Shown here in pieces: positions 29,806 to 39,309 of a stretch of 64,000 bases of DNA; position 1 is the first letter of the stretch, and each line of letters starts with the position of its first letter. The notes under the pieces were generated by a model. The model had not been told where the DNA came from and made no database searches. It saw only the letters and a list, made by a program, of their open reading frames with translations. The stretch is taken from sequence record SRR20825019_117; one strand, written 5' to 3'. The translations under genes and the position numbers were made by a program.

Positions 29806-31500
29806 ATGAACGGCGCACAGCACATTCTTGACGCGTTCCACCGCCACAGCATCAGCACGGTTTTCGGGTATCCGGGCGGCTGCATCATGCCGCTATACGA
29901 TGCGCTGGTGGACGATGTCGGTGTGGAACACGTGCTGTGCCGCCACGAACAGGCCTGCGCCCTGGCCGCCGACGGTTACGCCCGCGCAAGCGGTAAGCTC
30001 GGTGTATGTATTGCCACCTCAGGCCCCGGCGCCACCAACCTGATCACCGGCGTTGCCAACGCTCACCGGGACTCCATCCCCATGCTGGTCATCACCGGCC
30101 AGGTGCCCTCGGGATTGATCGGTACCGACGCCTTCCAGGAAACCGACGTATTGGGCATGACGCTGGGCATCGTTAAACACAGCTATCTGGTTGACGACGC
30201 AGACAGCCTGCCCGCGATCATGGAAGAGGCGATGGAACTGGCTCAAAGTGGGCGGCCGGGGCCGGTGTGGATTGATATACCCAAGGACCTGCTGCTGGCT
30301 GATGTCAGCGATGCTCCCTTCCCCCGGTCCGAGCCACGGGAGATCAGCTTCCCAGACCTGGCCGAAGCGCTCACGATGCTGCGGGCGGCCCGCAAACCCA
30401 TACTCTACAGCGGTGGTGGCATCAGCCTGGCACACGCTGAAGATCGCTTTCGCACGTTTGCTGAATCCGCCGCTCTGCCAGCGGTGGTAACGCTCAAAGG
30501 TATCGGCAACCCGGGAAAACACAACCCTTACAACCTGGGCATGCTGGGCATGCACGGCTCCCGGGCGGCCAATAAAGCCGTGGATGAATGCGACCTGTTG
30601 CTGGTTATCGGTGCCCGCCTGGATGACCGCGCCACCGGCAGCCTGGATGGCTTCGCCCCCAATGCAAAGATGATTCACATTGACGCCGACGCCGCCGAGA
30701 TCAACAAACTGCGCCCGACCGAGCTGGCTATTCGGGGGGACCTGAATGACATTCTCGAAACACTGACCAACGCCTTACAGGACAAGCCGCTGGACATTGG
30801 CGACTGGCAGAAACAGTGCCGAACCTGGTACACCACCGGCGGCTTCCATGCCGCCGACAACGAAGAACCTTTGGCGCCGATCACCGGCCCGGCCTTTGTT
30901 CGCCAGCTCTCCCGAATTGCCCCGGATGATACCGTTATCGCCTGTGACGTCGGCCAGCACCAGATGTGGGTAGCCCAGCACTACGACTTTGACCACCCTC
31001 GCCACCACCTCACCAGTGGCGGCCTGGGCACCATGGGCTTTGGCCTGCCCGCTGCCATCGGTGCCCAGTTTTCCGACCGCAATAGTACGGTGATCAACGT
31101 GACGGGCGATGGCTCGTTCATGATGAACGCCCAGGAACTGGCCACTATCCGCCGCTATAACCTGCCGGTAAAACTGATCGTCATGGACAACCAGTGCCTG
31201 GGCATGGTGCGCCAGCAACAGGAACTGTTCTACGGCAATCGTGAAAGCCAGATCAACCTGGACGACAACCCGGACTTCGTCGCCATGGCCCGCGCCTTCG
31301 ACATCCCGGCGTTGCACATCAGCCGCACTGACCAGATCCGCCGTGGCATCGAAACCATCCTGGCCTACAACGGCCCGATGCTGCTGCATGTGGCCATCAG
31401 CCGTGAGGAGAACGTCTGGCCCATCGTCAAACCCGGCGCCAGCAACCGCGAAATGATCGACGAAACCCGACGCACCAACAAAAAGGAACACGTTGCATGA
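29806..31500 (+). CDS. ilvG: Acetolactate synthase large subunit (isozyme II type)
   Basis: MNGAQ, FGYPGG, RHEQ, TSGPGATN, DVGQHQMW, GDGSF. Start after RBS AAGGAA. Confidence 0.92.
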   Translation: MNGAQHILDAFHRHSISTVFGYPGGCIMPLYDALVDDVGVEHVLCRHEQACALAADGYARASGKLGVCIATSGPGATNLITGVANAHRDSIPMLVITGQVPSGLIGTDAFQETDVLGMTLGIVKHSYLVDDADSLPAIMEEAMELAQSGRPGPVWIDIPKDLLLADVSDAPFPRSEPREISFPDLAEALTMLRAARKPILYSGGGISLAHAEDRFRTFAESAALPAVVTLKGIGNPGKHNPYNLGMLGMHGSRAANKAVDECDLLLVIGARLDDRATGSLDGFAPNAKMIHIDADAAEINKLRPTELAIRGDLNDILETLTNALQDKPLDIGDWQKQCRTWYTTGGFHAADNEEPLAPITGPAFVRQLSRIAPDDTVIACDVGQHQMWVAQHYDFDHPRHHLTSGGLGTMGFGLPAAIGAQFSDRNSTVINVTGDGSFMMNAQELATIRRYNLPVKLIVMDNQCLGMVRQQQELFYGNRESQINLDDNPDFVAMARAFDIPALHISRTDQIRRGIETILAYNGPMLLHVAISREENVWPIVKPGASNREMIDETRRTNKKEHVA

Positions 31501-31775
31501 AACCGCAAAGCCAGTCCTCAACACCGAGCTATAAGATCAACTGCCGCATGTCGCAGGAAGCGGCCGCCCTGGAGCGCCTTTGCCAGGTAGTCCGTATTCG
31601 CGGTTTCCGGATTGCAACGATGGCGGTAGAATCCGCCGGGGAGCATCTCGATATCACCCTGACCCTGGAGGGAACCCGGCCGATTGCCATGCTCCAGTCG
31701 CAACTGGAGAAATTGCATACGGTGGCGGAAGTTGCCCTTGGTCAGGTTTCGGGGGTTCGGGTTCAGACTGCCTGA
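31497..31775 (+). CDS. ilvM: Acetolactate synthase II small subunit (ACT domain)
   Basis: LERLCQVVRIRGF and LQSQLEKL resemble IlvM; ATGA overlap with ilvG. Confidence 0.85.
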   Translation: MKPQSQSSTPSYKINCRMSQEAAALERLCQVVRIRGFRIATMAVESAGEHLDITLTLEGTRPIAMLQSQLEKLHTVAEVALGQVSGVRVQTA

Positions 31776-31794
31776 CGCTTTGGGAGTTGCTTTC

Positions 31795-32123
31795 TCTTTC
31801 GTAGCCTGATGGTTTTGGGGGCGGGCTTGCGGGGTGGCATCTGTATTTTTCTTGAAAAAGAACTCGCTTCGCTCGGACATCTTTTTCTGGCGAAAAATCC
31901 AGATACCACCCCGCGCCGAGCTGACCACGGAGGGTTCGCGAAGCGCGAAGAGAGAAAAAGCGACTGGAAAGGTTCTGGATATTCCTGAGCTGCACGTCGA
32001 TAGGGGGGTGGGGGTATTTTTTCTGGTAAGGAAAAAGATGTCTGAGCAAAGCGAGTTCTTTTTCCAGAAGAAAAAATACCCCCACCCCCCGTATCCGCCC
32101 GCAAAACCTCAGGCTACAAAAGA
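31795..32123. repeat. Nested palindromic intergenic element (REPIN/MITE-like)
   Basis: ~29-bp terminal inverted repeats plus two ~86-bp hairpins (31829-31914, 32003-32090) whose 34-bp cores are reverse complements of each other. Confidence 0.8.
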
Positions 32124-33142
32124 ATGTGAGTAAGCCCCCCACAGTCCACCATCGGATCATCACAGTTTACGATGATATCCGCCCGGTTAAGCACGTAGCT
32201 CTTGCCGGTGATGGTATTCTCGACCACCTGATGTTCCCCTTCCTGGCGCACGCCAGTGAATTCACCGATAAACCCGGTTTCACGCAGGGAGACGGTCTCC
32301 AGTCGGTCGCCCGGGCTGATTTTGCCCTCGTAGTTCATTAACGCAAGCCGTGCTGAAGTACCCGTGCCGGTGGTGCTGCGGCAGATAACTCCGGGATGCA
32401 CATAGGTGGCCGACCGTGAGCGATACGAATGATCCGACAATTGTTCAACCGGCCCCATGAAATGGAGAAAGGGTAAGGGTCCGACATCACCCAGCGTGTA
32501 GTGGGAGAAGCCGCGTTCTGCCTGGATGGCCTCTACTATCTGATAGGCGCATTCGCTGAGTTTGCGTTCTTCATCCAGGGTCAGGGAAAACCCAAGGCTC
32601 GTCGCGTCCACCAGGGCGTAGAAACCGCCGCTGTAGGCTACGCTGTAGGATACGTCACCGATCGAGGGCACGTGGATGCTGGCCTGGTAGGTGTCGATGT
32701 AACTGGGCAGCCCGCCGCAGGTAATGGCTTCCACAACTCCGTCCCGAACAAGGGCGTCGATGTGGACCAGGCCCGCAGGCGCTTCCAGCGCGAAGCTCTG
32801 CCACCCTTCCCGCTTGGCGACGATGCCACTCTCCAGAACGGCCGTGGCGGTACAGATGGTGTTGGAACCGGAGTAAATCGGATACCCCATCACTTCCATG
32901 ATGATATAACCGGCGACCGCCTCGGGGTCCGTGGGAGGCACCAGCAGGTCCACGGACATTTCCGGGATGCCGTAGGGCTCTTCCAGTAGTAACGTGCGAA
33001 GGCCATCCGCCTTGTCCCGCAGGTATTCCATCTGGGCGCGCACGGTGTCCCCCGGAAGCGGGCAAATCCCGCCAGTCACGATCCGGCTTACATCCCCGCC
33101 GGCGTGGGTGTCCATCAGTTGCAGTTTGAGTTCGGGACGCAT
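32114..33142 (-). CDS. Proline racemase family protein with non-canonical Ser/Thr active site
   Basis: DTHAGGDVSR, LLEEPYG, YSGSNTIC, YSGGFY, CRSTTGTGTSAR. Start MRPELK coupled by TAATG to the upstream gene. Confidence 0.88.
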   Translation of the reverse strand: MRPELKLQLMDTHAGGDVSRIVTGGICPLPGDTVRAQMEYLRDKADGLRTLLLEEPYGIPEMSVDLLVPPTDPEAVAGYIIMEVMGYPIYSGSNTICTATAVLESGIVAKREGWQSFALEAPAGLVHIDALVRDGVVEAITCGGLPSYIDTYQASIHVPSIGDVSYSVAYSGGFYALVDATSLGFSLTLDEERKLSECAYQIVEAIQAERGFSHYTLGDVGPLPFLHFMGPVEQLSDHSYRSRSATYVHPGVICRSTTGTGTSARLALMNYEGKISPGDRLETVSLRETGFIGEFTGVRQEGEHQVVENTITGKSYVLNRADIIVNCDDPMVDCGGLTHILL

Positions 33143-34290
33143 TAGGACTTCTCCAGGGCAAACGGGGCACCATGTTCGGCCCATTGGGCATCCGGGACGA
33201 TTACGATTTTGCCCAGGTAGTTGCTGTTGCGGTTGACGAAGTAGCGTTCCGCTTCGTGCAACTCTGAAAGTCTGAAAGCTGCATGCAGCACCGGCTTCAG
33301 CTGACCGCTGCGAATCCAGGCCACCAATTGCTCCGCTTCTTCACGGGTGCCGTGTGACACGCCGAACACCTGCACCTGATACAGGTAAATCCGTGTCCAC
33401 ATGATTTCGCTGACGTTCCCGGCGCTGGCGCCCGCGATGCTGAGCCTTGGGTAATCATCGCGGCTGTTCATGTCGAAGATCATGGTGTCGATAAACTGGT
33501 CGGTCATCTCGCCGCCAGCCAGGTCCATCACGGCATCAATCGGTCGCCCCCCAGTGACGGACCGCACCTGATCCGTGAAGTTGTCCATGTCGGAACGGTC
33601 CAGCACGGCTTCGGCGCCAAGCTTGAGCAGAGGGTCGGCCTTATCACGCTGGCTCAGCGCATAGGGAATCGCCCCCATGATGCGGCAAAGCTGGATAAGG
33701 GCGGTGCCAACGCCACCACTGGCACCGGTCACAAGGATGTGCTCGCCCGCTTTTACCCGTGCGGATGTGAGCATGTGCAAGGCGGTCTGATAGGAGCACA
33801 TGCCCATAGCGGCAAGTTCGGCATCGGCCAGGCCGGCATTCTCGACATGGTGAAACTGGTCGGAAGGCACAGCAATATATTCCGCGAACCCACCATCGGC
33901 GCCGTGGCCGTAGTAGTCCGGGGTCAGGTTGATATCCCGGCGCTCGTCCGCGTAGAGGTTAAAGTCCAGCAGGCCTCGTTGGCCGATCCGCGTATCCTCA
34001 ACACCCTGCCCCACGGCGACGATACGCCCAACAACGTCCGCGCCTTGAACTCTTGGGAACGTCAGCGTGGCTGAGCCTCCCATCTGGAAGGAGGTTACGT
34101 CGCCTTTATCCTTGGTGGGGTAAAGACCCTCCCGGGCTTTGCGGTCGGTGTTGTTCTTGGCGGTGGCGGTGACCTGGACGAGCACCTCTCCCGCACCAGG
34201 GGTGGGGATGGGCACGTCTTCGGTGTATTCCAGTTTCTCGACGCCACCGTGGCCGGTGAGCAGCATGGCTTTCATGGTCTTCTGGATCAT
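33142..34290 (-). CDS. Medium-chain dehydrogenase/reductase (QOR-like, apparently Zn-independent)
   Basis: MKAMLLTGHGG, KNNTD, QGADVVG, ILVTGASGGVG, GKIVI. Confidence 0.88.
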   Translation of the reverse strand: MIQKTMKAMLLTGHGGVEKLEYTEDVPIPTPGAGEVLVQVTATAKNNTDRKAREGLYPTKDKGDVTSFQMGGSATLTFPRVQGADVVGRIVAVGQGVEDTRIGQRGLLDFNLYADERRDINLTPDYYGHGADGGFAEYIAVPSDQFHHVENAGLADAELAAMGMCSYQTALHMLTSARVKAGEHILVTGASGGVGTALIQLCRIMGAIPYALSQRDKADPLLKLGAEAVLDRSDMDNFTDQVRSVTGGRPIDAVMDLAGGEMTDQFIDTMIFDMNSRDDYPRLSIAGASAGNVSEIMWTRIYLYQVQVFGVSHGTREEAEQLVAWIRSGQLKPVLHAAFRLSELHEAERYFVNRNSNYLGKIVIVPDAQWAEHGAPFALEKS

Positions 34291-34370
34291 GGGCGTTCTG
34301 CTCCTGCTTTGCTGGATATCAGGTCAGGATAGGCCAGATTCCCAGCAGTGTCAGGGCCCCCTGGCCGCTT

Positions 34371-35444
34371 TTACCGGGCAATAACCTTGTAAATCGGCCG
34401 CAGTTTCGGGATTTGTTTGAGGACCACCTGAATGATGGTCATCAGGGGGACCGCCAGCAACACGCCAACCGGGCCCCACAACCAGCCCCAGAAGAAGATG
34501 GACACGAAGATGACGACGGGATTGATCGCCATGCGGAAACCGTGGATCCAGGGCTCTATGAAAAACCCGACGGTAGAGGTAAGAGCCAAATAGCCGAGCG
34601 GGGCGATGGCCATTATCCAGAGTGTGTCGAGGCTGGTGGCAGACACAACCGCAAGCAGGATGATGGTCAGGATAACGCCCAGATAAGGGATGAATCTGGC
34701 CAAGCCGGCAACGAGCCCCCAAACGGCTGGGTCCGGAAGCCCCACTGCCCAGCAGATGAGCCCGGTGGTGATGCCAACCAGCAGGTTGCTGAGGCTGAGT
34801 ACCGCCAGATACTGGGCGATCTGTTGCTGGGAATCGCGGGCAATCTGGAGCACGTTGCGGCGCTGTCGCTTCGGGAGTTGTCGCACAAAGTTGAGGATGA
34901 TGCGGTCACCACCCACGAGCAGGAAATAGGTCAGGGCCAGCGCAAGTGCGAGGCCGGCCGCACCGTTACGGGCCTTGTTCAGTAGCTGGTTTCGCCAAGA
35001 GTCAGTTTTCAGGACGACAGTGTTGGTTGTGGTCTTCTCGTCTTTGGATAGTTCGTCCATCGACTCTTCCACTTTCTTTGCCGATTCGTTGACCTTATCA
35101 ATCTGGCTTTTTATGCCGCTCTCACCCATGAGCAGTCGAGAGATCCCCTGTGGCGCCTGCTGTGCCCACTCCAGGGCAGGCGTTGCGACGGTCGCCCCAA
35201 CACCCGCCAGACCAGCGATCACCACGATGATCAACACCAATGAGCTGAGCACCCTTGGGATCCCGGCTTTGTCATAGGCTTTTTTGACAAGGGGAAACAA
35301 CAGCAGGCTGGTCAGGACCGCGAGGACAATTGGCAGGACAATCTGGTGGGCGACGTAGAGGGTATAGAGTATCCCGAGCGCAAAGATGCCATTCAGTGGT
35401 GTCGCGAGATCTGAGCGTGCGGGTTGTTCGTTATCGTTGTTCAT
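34371..35444 (-). CDS. AI-2E family transporter
   Basis: Multi-TM; RFIPYLG, FWGWLWGPVGVLLAVP. Confidence 0.92.
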   Translation of the reverse strand: MNNDNEQPARSDLATPLNGIFALGILYTLYVAHQIVLPIVLAVLTSLLLFPLVKKAYDKAGIPRVLSSLVLIIVVIAGLAGVGATVATPALEWAQQAPQGISRLLMGESGIKSQIDKVNESAKKVEESMDELSKDEKTTTNTVVLKTDSWRNQLLNKARNGAAGLALALALTYFLLVGGDRIILNFVRQLPKRQRRNVLQIARDSQQQIAQYLAVLSLSNLLVGITTGLICWAVGLPDPAVWGLVAGLARFIPYLGVILTIILLAVVSATSLDTLWIMAIAPLGYLALTSTVGFFIEPWIHGFRMAINPVVIFVSIFFWGWLWGPVGVLLAVPLMTIIQVVLKQIPKLRPIYKVIAR

Positions 35445-35632
35445 GCGGGTCCATGCACCTTGTCGGGCTGTATTGGGGGTATGATAACTGATGCACCACG
35501 AGGCTCAGTGTACCTGTCGCTCGGCTGTCATTCAGCCCTTTTGGGCCAACGCTCGGTCATTGCCACCACGTCACTTTTGTTGTAACACATAACCGGATAC
35601 CCTGATGAAAACCGTCTCTGAAGAGTTCATAC

Positions 35633-36061
35633 ATGGCGAACTACAAGATTGAAATTGACGAAACCTTTGATGTGCCGCGCAACCGTGTGTTTGCACTGTT
35701 TGCGGATCATGAGCGCTTCGGGAAGCTGTTGGGAGCACCAGTGAAGCGCATTCGCGACAGCGACCAGGCCGACCCCAACGGCCTTGGGTCCATCCGCAAG
35801 ATCGGCATCGGCCCCATCGGCCTTGAAGAGACCGTCATTACCTTCGAGCCGGGGTTGCTTATTGAGTACACCATTTCCAGCATGAGCCCCATCCGCAACC
35901 ATATCGGTCGCATCCGCTTCGACGATGCCGCCAATGGCAGGACTCGCGTCCAGTACACCATTTCCTTTGACGACATCGTGCCGTTCACCGGCAAACTGGT
36001 CAGCTCCGCTCTTGATCAGGGGATCCGTAAGGGCATCCGCAGGGTGCCCAAGTTGGCGTAA
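35633..36061 (+). CDS. SRPBCC/polyketide cyclase family protein
   Basis: VFALFADHE, NGLGSIR, EETVITFEP, NHIGRIRF. Confidence 0.85.
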   Translation: MANYKIEIDETFDVPRNRVFALFADHERFGKLLGAPVKRIRDSDQADPNGLGSIRKIGIGPIGLEETVITFEPGLLIEYTISSMSPIRNHIGRIRFDDAANGRTRVQYTISFDDIVPFTGKLVSSALDQGIRKGIRRVPKLA

Positions 36062-36113
36062 GCAACTGAAGAACTCGTTGCTGGGCGGGGGTATTGTGGC
36101 AGGTTGATAATGA

Positions 36114-36536
36114 TCAATCTTCGGTTGCGGCACGCTCCCGCCAGTGGCGGGCCAGTTGCGGATCTGCCCTGGTACCAATGCCCGCTTCATAGGCCTTTGC
36201 CACTTCGGACATGCTCAGCTTGTCGCCAGCCTCCGCTGCCCTCAGATACCACTCGAAAGCCTTCGAATCGCTCTGTGCCGTGCCTTGCCCGGCTGCGTGC
36301 ATATTGCCCAGGTTATACATACCCTGCCGACTCCCCGCTTCGGCAAGCGCCTGGTAACGTTCGAACGCCAGATCGTACTGGCCCATCTTGTAGACGGCAT
36401 AGGCCTCCAGGACCTGGATCATCTCCCGAGCCACGCCCATCTGCTGATCCGGCTCGGCACTGTTTGCCACTGTCGGAGCTCCGGTGAACAGCAGCAAACT
36501 CACGGCTGCAATGAGCGATGTTCGAACGGACCTCAT
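36114..36536 (-). CDS. Secreted Sel1-repeat protein
   Basis: Signal peptide MRSVRTSLIAAVSLLLF; GMYNLGNMHAAGQG and AFEWYLRAAEAG repeats. Confidence 0.87.
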   Translation of the reverse strand: MRSVRTSLIAAVSLLLFTGAPTVANSAEPDQQMGVAREMIQVLEAYAVYKMGQYDLAFERYQALAEAGSRQGMYNLGNMHAAGQGTAQSDSKAFEWYLRAAEAGDKLSMSEVAKAYEAGIGTRADPQLARHWRERAATED

Positions 36537-36736
36537 GGCAATCTCCGCGTTCGGTGATAATGGCGATGTTCCGACCGTAACACGAACACATTCTGCGGTA
36601 CCTGACCGGAAAGTTCTGAAACCCTGGCACTTTGGTACCATGGAAGAGCCGTCGACAACCTCGATAAATAAGGCTGTCACCGGCCTGTGTAGTCGAGTAA
36701 AATCCGCACTTTTGAAAATGAAATTGAGGCAGCGTA

Positions 36737-37459
36737 ATGGGCAGAGCCTATCAAAACCGCAAAGACTCCATGGCCAAAACGGCCGCCGCCAAAACCAAGG
36801 TCTACAGTAAGTACGGCCGCGAAATCTATGTGTGCGCCAAGTCCGGCGGCCCGGACCCGGATGCAAACCTCAGCCTGCGTGGCCTGATCGACCGTGCCAA
36901 GAAAGATCAGGTGCCCGCGCACGTCATTGAGAAGGCCATCGAGAAAGCCCGGGGTGGCGCTGGTGAGGATTTCTCCCCTGCTCGCTATGAAGGATTCGGC
37001 CCCGGCAACTGCATGGCCATCGTGGATTGCCTGACCGACAACCCCAACCGTACCTTCGGCGACGTACGCCTGGCGTTTACCAAGACCAAGTGCAAGATCG
37101 GCACCCAGGGCAGCGTCAGCCATATGTTCGATCACTGCGCCATTCTCGGCTTCAAGGGCGACGACGAGGAAGCGGCTCTGGAAGCACTGATGATGGCGGA
37201 TGTGGATGTCACTGACATTGAGCACGAAGAGGGTATGATTACTGTGTTCGCGCCCCACACCGAATACGCCAAGGCGCGACAGGCACTGCAGGAAGCGTTT
37301 GAAGGCCTGGAGTTTGACGTAGACGAGATCCAGTTCCTGCCCCAGACCACCACCACTGTCGAAGGCGACGACATTGAGCTGTTCGAGAAGTTTATGGACA
37401 TGCTGAACGACCTCGATGACGTCCAGAATGTTTACCACAACGCAGTCATCGCAGACTGA
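36737..37459 (+). CDS. YebC/PmpR-family protein (YeeN-like)
   Basis: [33 protein letters not shown]. Confidence 0.95.
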   Translation: MGRAYQNRKDSMAKTAAAKTKVYSKYGREIYVCAKSGGPDPDANLSLRGLIDRAKKDQVPAHVIEKAIEKARGGAGEDFSPARYEGFGPGNCMAIVDCLTDNPNRTFGDVRLAFTKTKCKIGTQGSVSHMFDHCAILGFKGDDEEAALEALMMADVDVTDIEHEEGMITVFAPHTEYAKARQALQEAFEGLEFDVDEIQFLPQTTTTVEGDDIELFEKFMDMLNDLDDVQNVYHNAVIAD

Positions 37460-37472
37460 CGGGAGCAACACC

Positions 37473-38201
37473 TTGGCCAGGGTCGTCATACTCAAAACAG
37501 GTAATACCTACCCGTCCCTTCTGGAGTCGTTCGGGGATTTCGATAACTGGTTTTTGGCCGGGCTGGATCCGGAGCTCGACCTTCACGTAGTCGATGTTAC
37601 GGTTGACGACCTACCGGGCAAACCCGGGAATTGGGACGGGATCGTGGTGACGGGATCACCGGCCATGGTCAGCGACCGGGCGCCCTGGAGTGAGGGCACT
37701 GCCGCGTGGCTAGCTGAGGCAGTGACGGAAGAGGTGCCAGTTCTGGGGGTCTGCTATGGCCATCAGCTGCTGGCCCACGCTCTGGGTGGTGAAGCAGGTT
37801 ATCATCCACAAGGCCGGGAAACCGGCACCCATCAGGTAGAGTTGCTGGACGCTGCGATGGATGACCCTCTGTTTAAGGGGTTGCCCCAAACATTTCCGGC
37901 GCAATTGACGCATCGGCAATCCGTACTCAGGTTGCCGGAGAATGCCGTTCTCCTGGGCCGAAACGAGTTCGAACCGCACCAGGCCTTTCGTGTGGGCCGC
38001 TGCGCCTGGGGTATCCAGTTCCACCCGGAATTCTCAGCAGAGGTGATGCGGGCCTACCTCAAGGTGCAGGCACCCGATCTGGAAAAGGAAGGGCTCGATG
38101 CCAAGGCTCTGATTGAGAATGTGATCGACGCGCCCAACGCCACGTCCCTGCTCGGTCGGTTCTCCCGACTCGTGCTCAACGGCCTGCCAGTGGACCACTA
38201 A
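37473..38201 (+). CDS. Class I glutamine amidotransferase
   Basis: VVTGSP, LGVCYGHQ, IQFHPE; TTG start after GGGAG. Confidence 0.9.
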   Translation: MARVVILKTGNTYPSLLESFGDFDNWFLAGLDPELDLHVVDVTVDDLPGKPGNWDGIVVTGSPAMVSDRAPWSEGTAAWLAEAVTEEVPVLGVCYGHQLLAHALGGEAGYHPQGRETGTHQVELLDAAMDDPLFKGLPQTFPAQLTHRQSVLRLPENAVLLGRNEFEPHQAFRVGRCAWGIQFHPEFSAEVMRAYLKVQAPDLEKEGLDAKALIENVIDAPNATSLLGRFSRLVLNGLPVDH

Positions 38202-38548
38202 TCCAGTATGTAGGCGGTTTTCTCCAGCGCATTTTCCTCTTCGTCAATGAAGCGGAATTCGTTCCAGCCAATGCGAACCAGGTCGTTACTGTTCAGGCGC
38301 TGGCGTCGGTCAATCCGCAGTTCATTCACAAACGTTCCGTTGGTGCTGTTCTGGTCGGTGATGTAATAGTCCACCGTACCTTCCAGATAGGCATTGGGCA
38401 CCGCCTCGATCAACGCATGATGGCCACTGACCGAAATTTCGTCGATGCGGATATCGTTGTCGCCACGCCTGCCGACATGAATCTCCGGCTGCTCCAGCTC
38501 AAAAGTGGTCACCACAACGTTGTCCACCAGTTGGGAAAGTGACGCCAT
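38198..38548 (-). CDS. Stand-alone FHA domain protein
   Basis: VGR, VSGHHA, NSTNGTFVN; start MASLSQL after GGAGG. Confidence 0.9.
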   Translation of the reverse strand: MASLSQLVDNVVVTTFELEQPEIHVGRRGDNDIRIDEISVSGHHALIEAVPNAYLEGTVDYYITDQNSTNGTFVNELRIDRRQRLNSNDLVRIGWNEFRFIDEEENALEKTAYILD

Positions 38549-38562
38549 ACAGGCCTCCTCCA

Positions 38563-39309
38563 TTAATTAAGAATCAACAGTACAACGGACACGTTGTCGG
38601 CCGCCTCGTTATCCAGGCTCGCATCCACCAGCGCCCGGACCTTATCGCCGGGTGTTTCGCACACAGACATCAGCGACAGCCATTGGTCCTCCGGCAAAGC
38701 ACCCGTGAGGCCATCGGAACAGAGCAGCAGGGAATCTCCTGCCGCCATTCCCACGCGGCGAAAGCTGGCAATGGCCGAGGAGGCGCCAAGCGCGCGCGTC
38801 AGCACATTACGAAAAGGCACATGGGGCACGTCATCAGGGCGGATGCTGCCATCATCCAGCATGTTCTGTACCACGGTGTCATCCCGGGTCTGGCATGCCA
38901 GTTCGCGCCCTTGAACGAGATAGCAGCGGGAATCCCCCAGGTGGGCAATGTGAGCCTCACCGTCAATCACCCAGGCCATGACCAGCGTGGTCCCCATTTT
39001 GGCCAGGTCCGCATCGGCAGCCCTTCGATCAGCAATTCGCTCACTGGCCAGGTTGATCGCAAACTGTATGGCATCGTCCGGCTCCTCCGGCACCCCCTCA
39101 TCCGGCGACAACCAGGGCACCAGCACTTCCATCACCGTGTCTACGGCAATGCGGCTGGCCACTTCTCCGCCGTGGTAACCGCCCATGCCATCGGCAACCA
39201 CCAGCAGCACCTGCCGGTTATCCTCGCTGACCCGCCAGTCAATAGCGTCCTGGTTGGCTGTACGCAACGCGCCTACATCCGTTATGCCAGCCACCTGGGG
39301 ATTCATCAC
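38563..39309 (-). CDS. PP2C-family Ser/Thr phosphatase
   Basis: TDVG.R.NQD, VADGMGG, MGTT, GDSR, LCSDGL, DNVSV. Confidence 0.94.
   Translation of the reverse strand: MMNPQVAGITDVGALRTANQDAIDWRVSEDNRQVLLVVADGMGGYHGGEVASRIAVDTVMEVLVPWLSPDEGVPEEPDDAIQFAINLASERIADRRAADADLAKMGTTLVMAWVIDGEAHIAHLGDSRCYLVQGRELACQTRDDTVVQNMLDDGSIRPDDVPHVPFRNVLTRALGASSAIASFRRVGMAAGDSLLLCSDGLTGALPEDQWLSLMSVCETPGDKVRALVDASLDNEAADNVSVVLLILN

Noticed and set aside
31829-32090. CRISPR array
   Set aside because: Only two units, in inverted orientation, with no spacer series and no cas genes.
31518-32163. Several 99-169 aa ORFs rich in F/K/P across the ilvM downstream region
   Set aside because: They are translations of the palindromic repeat on both strands; low complexity and no RBS or domain signal.
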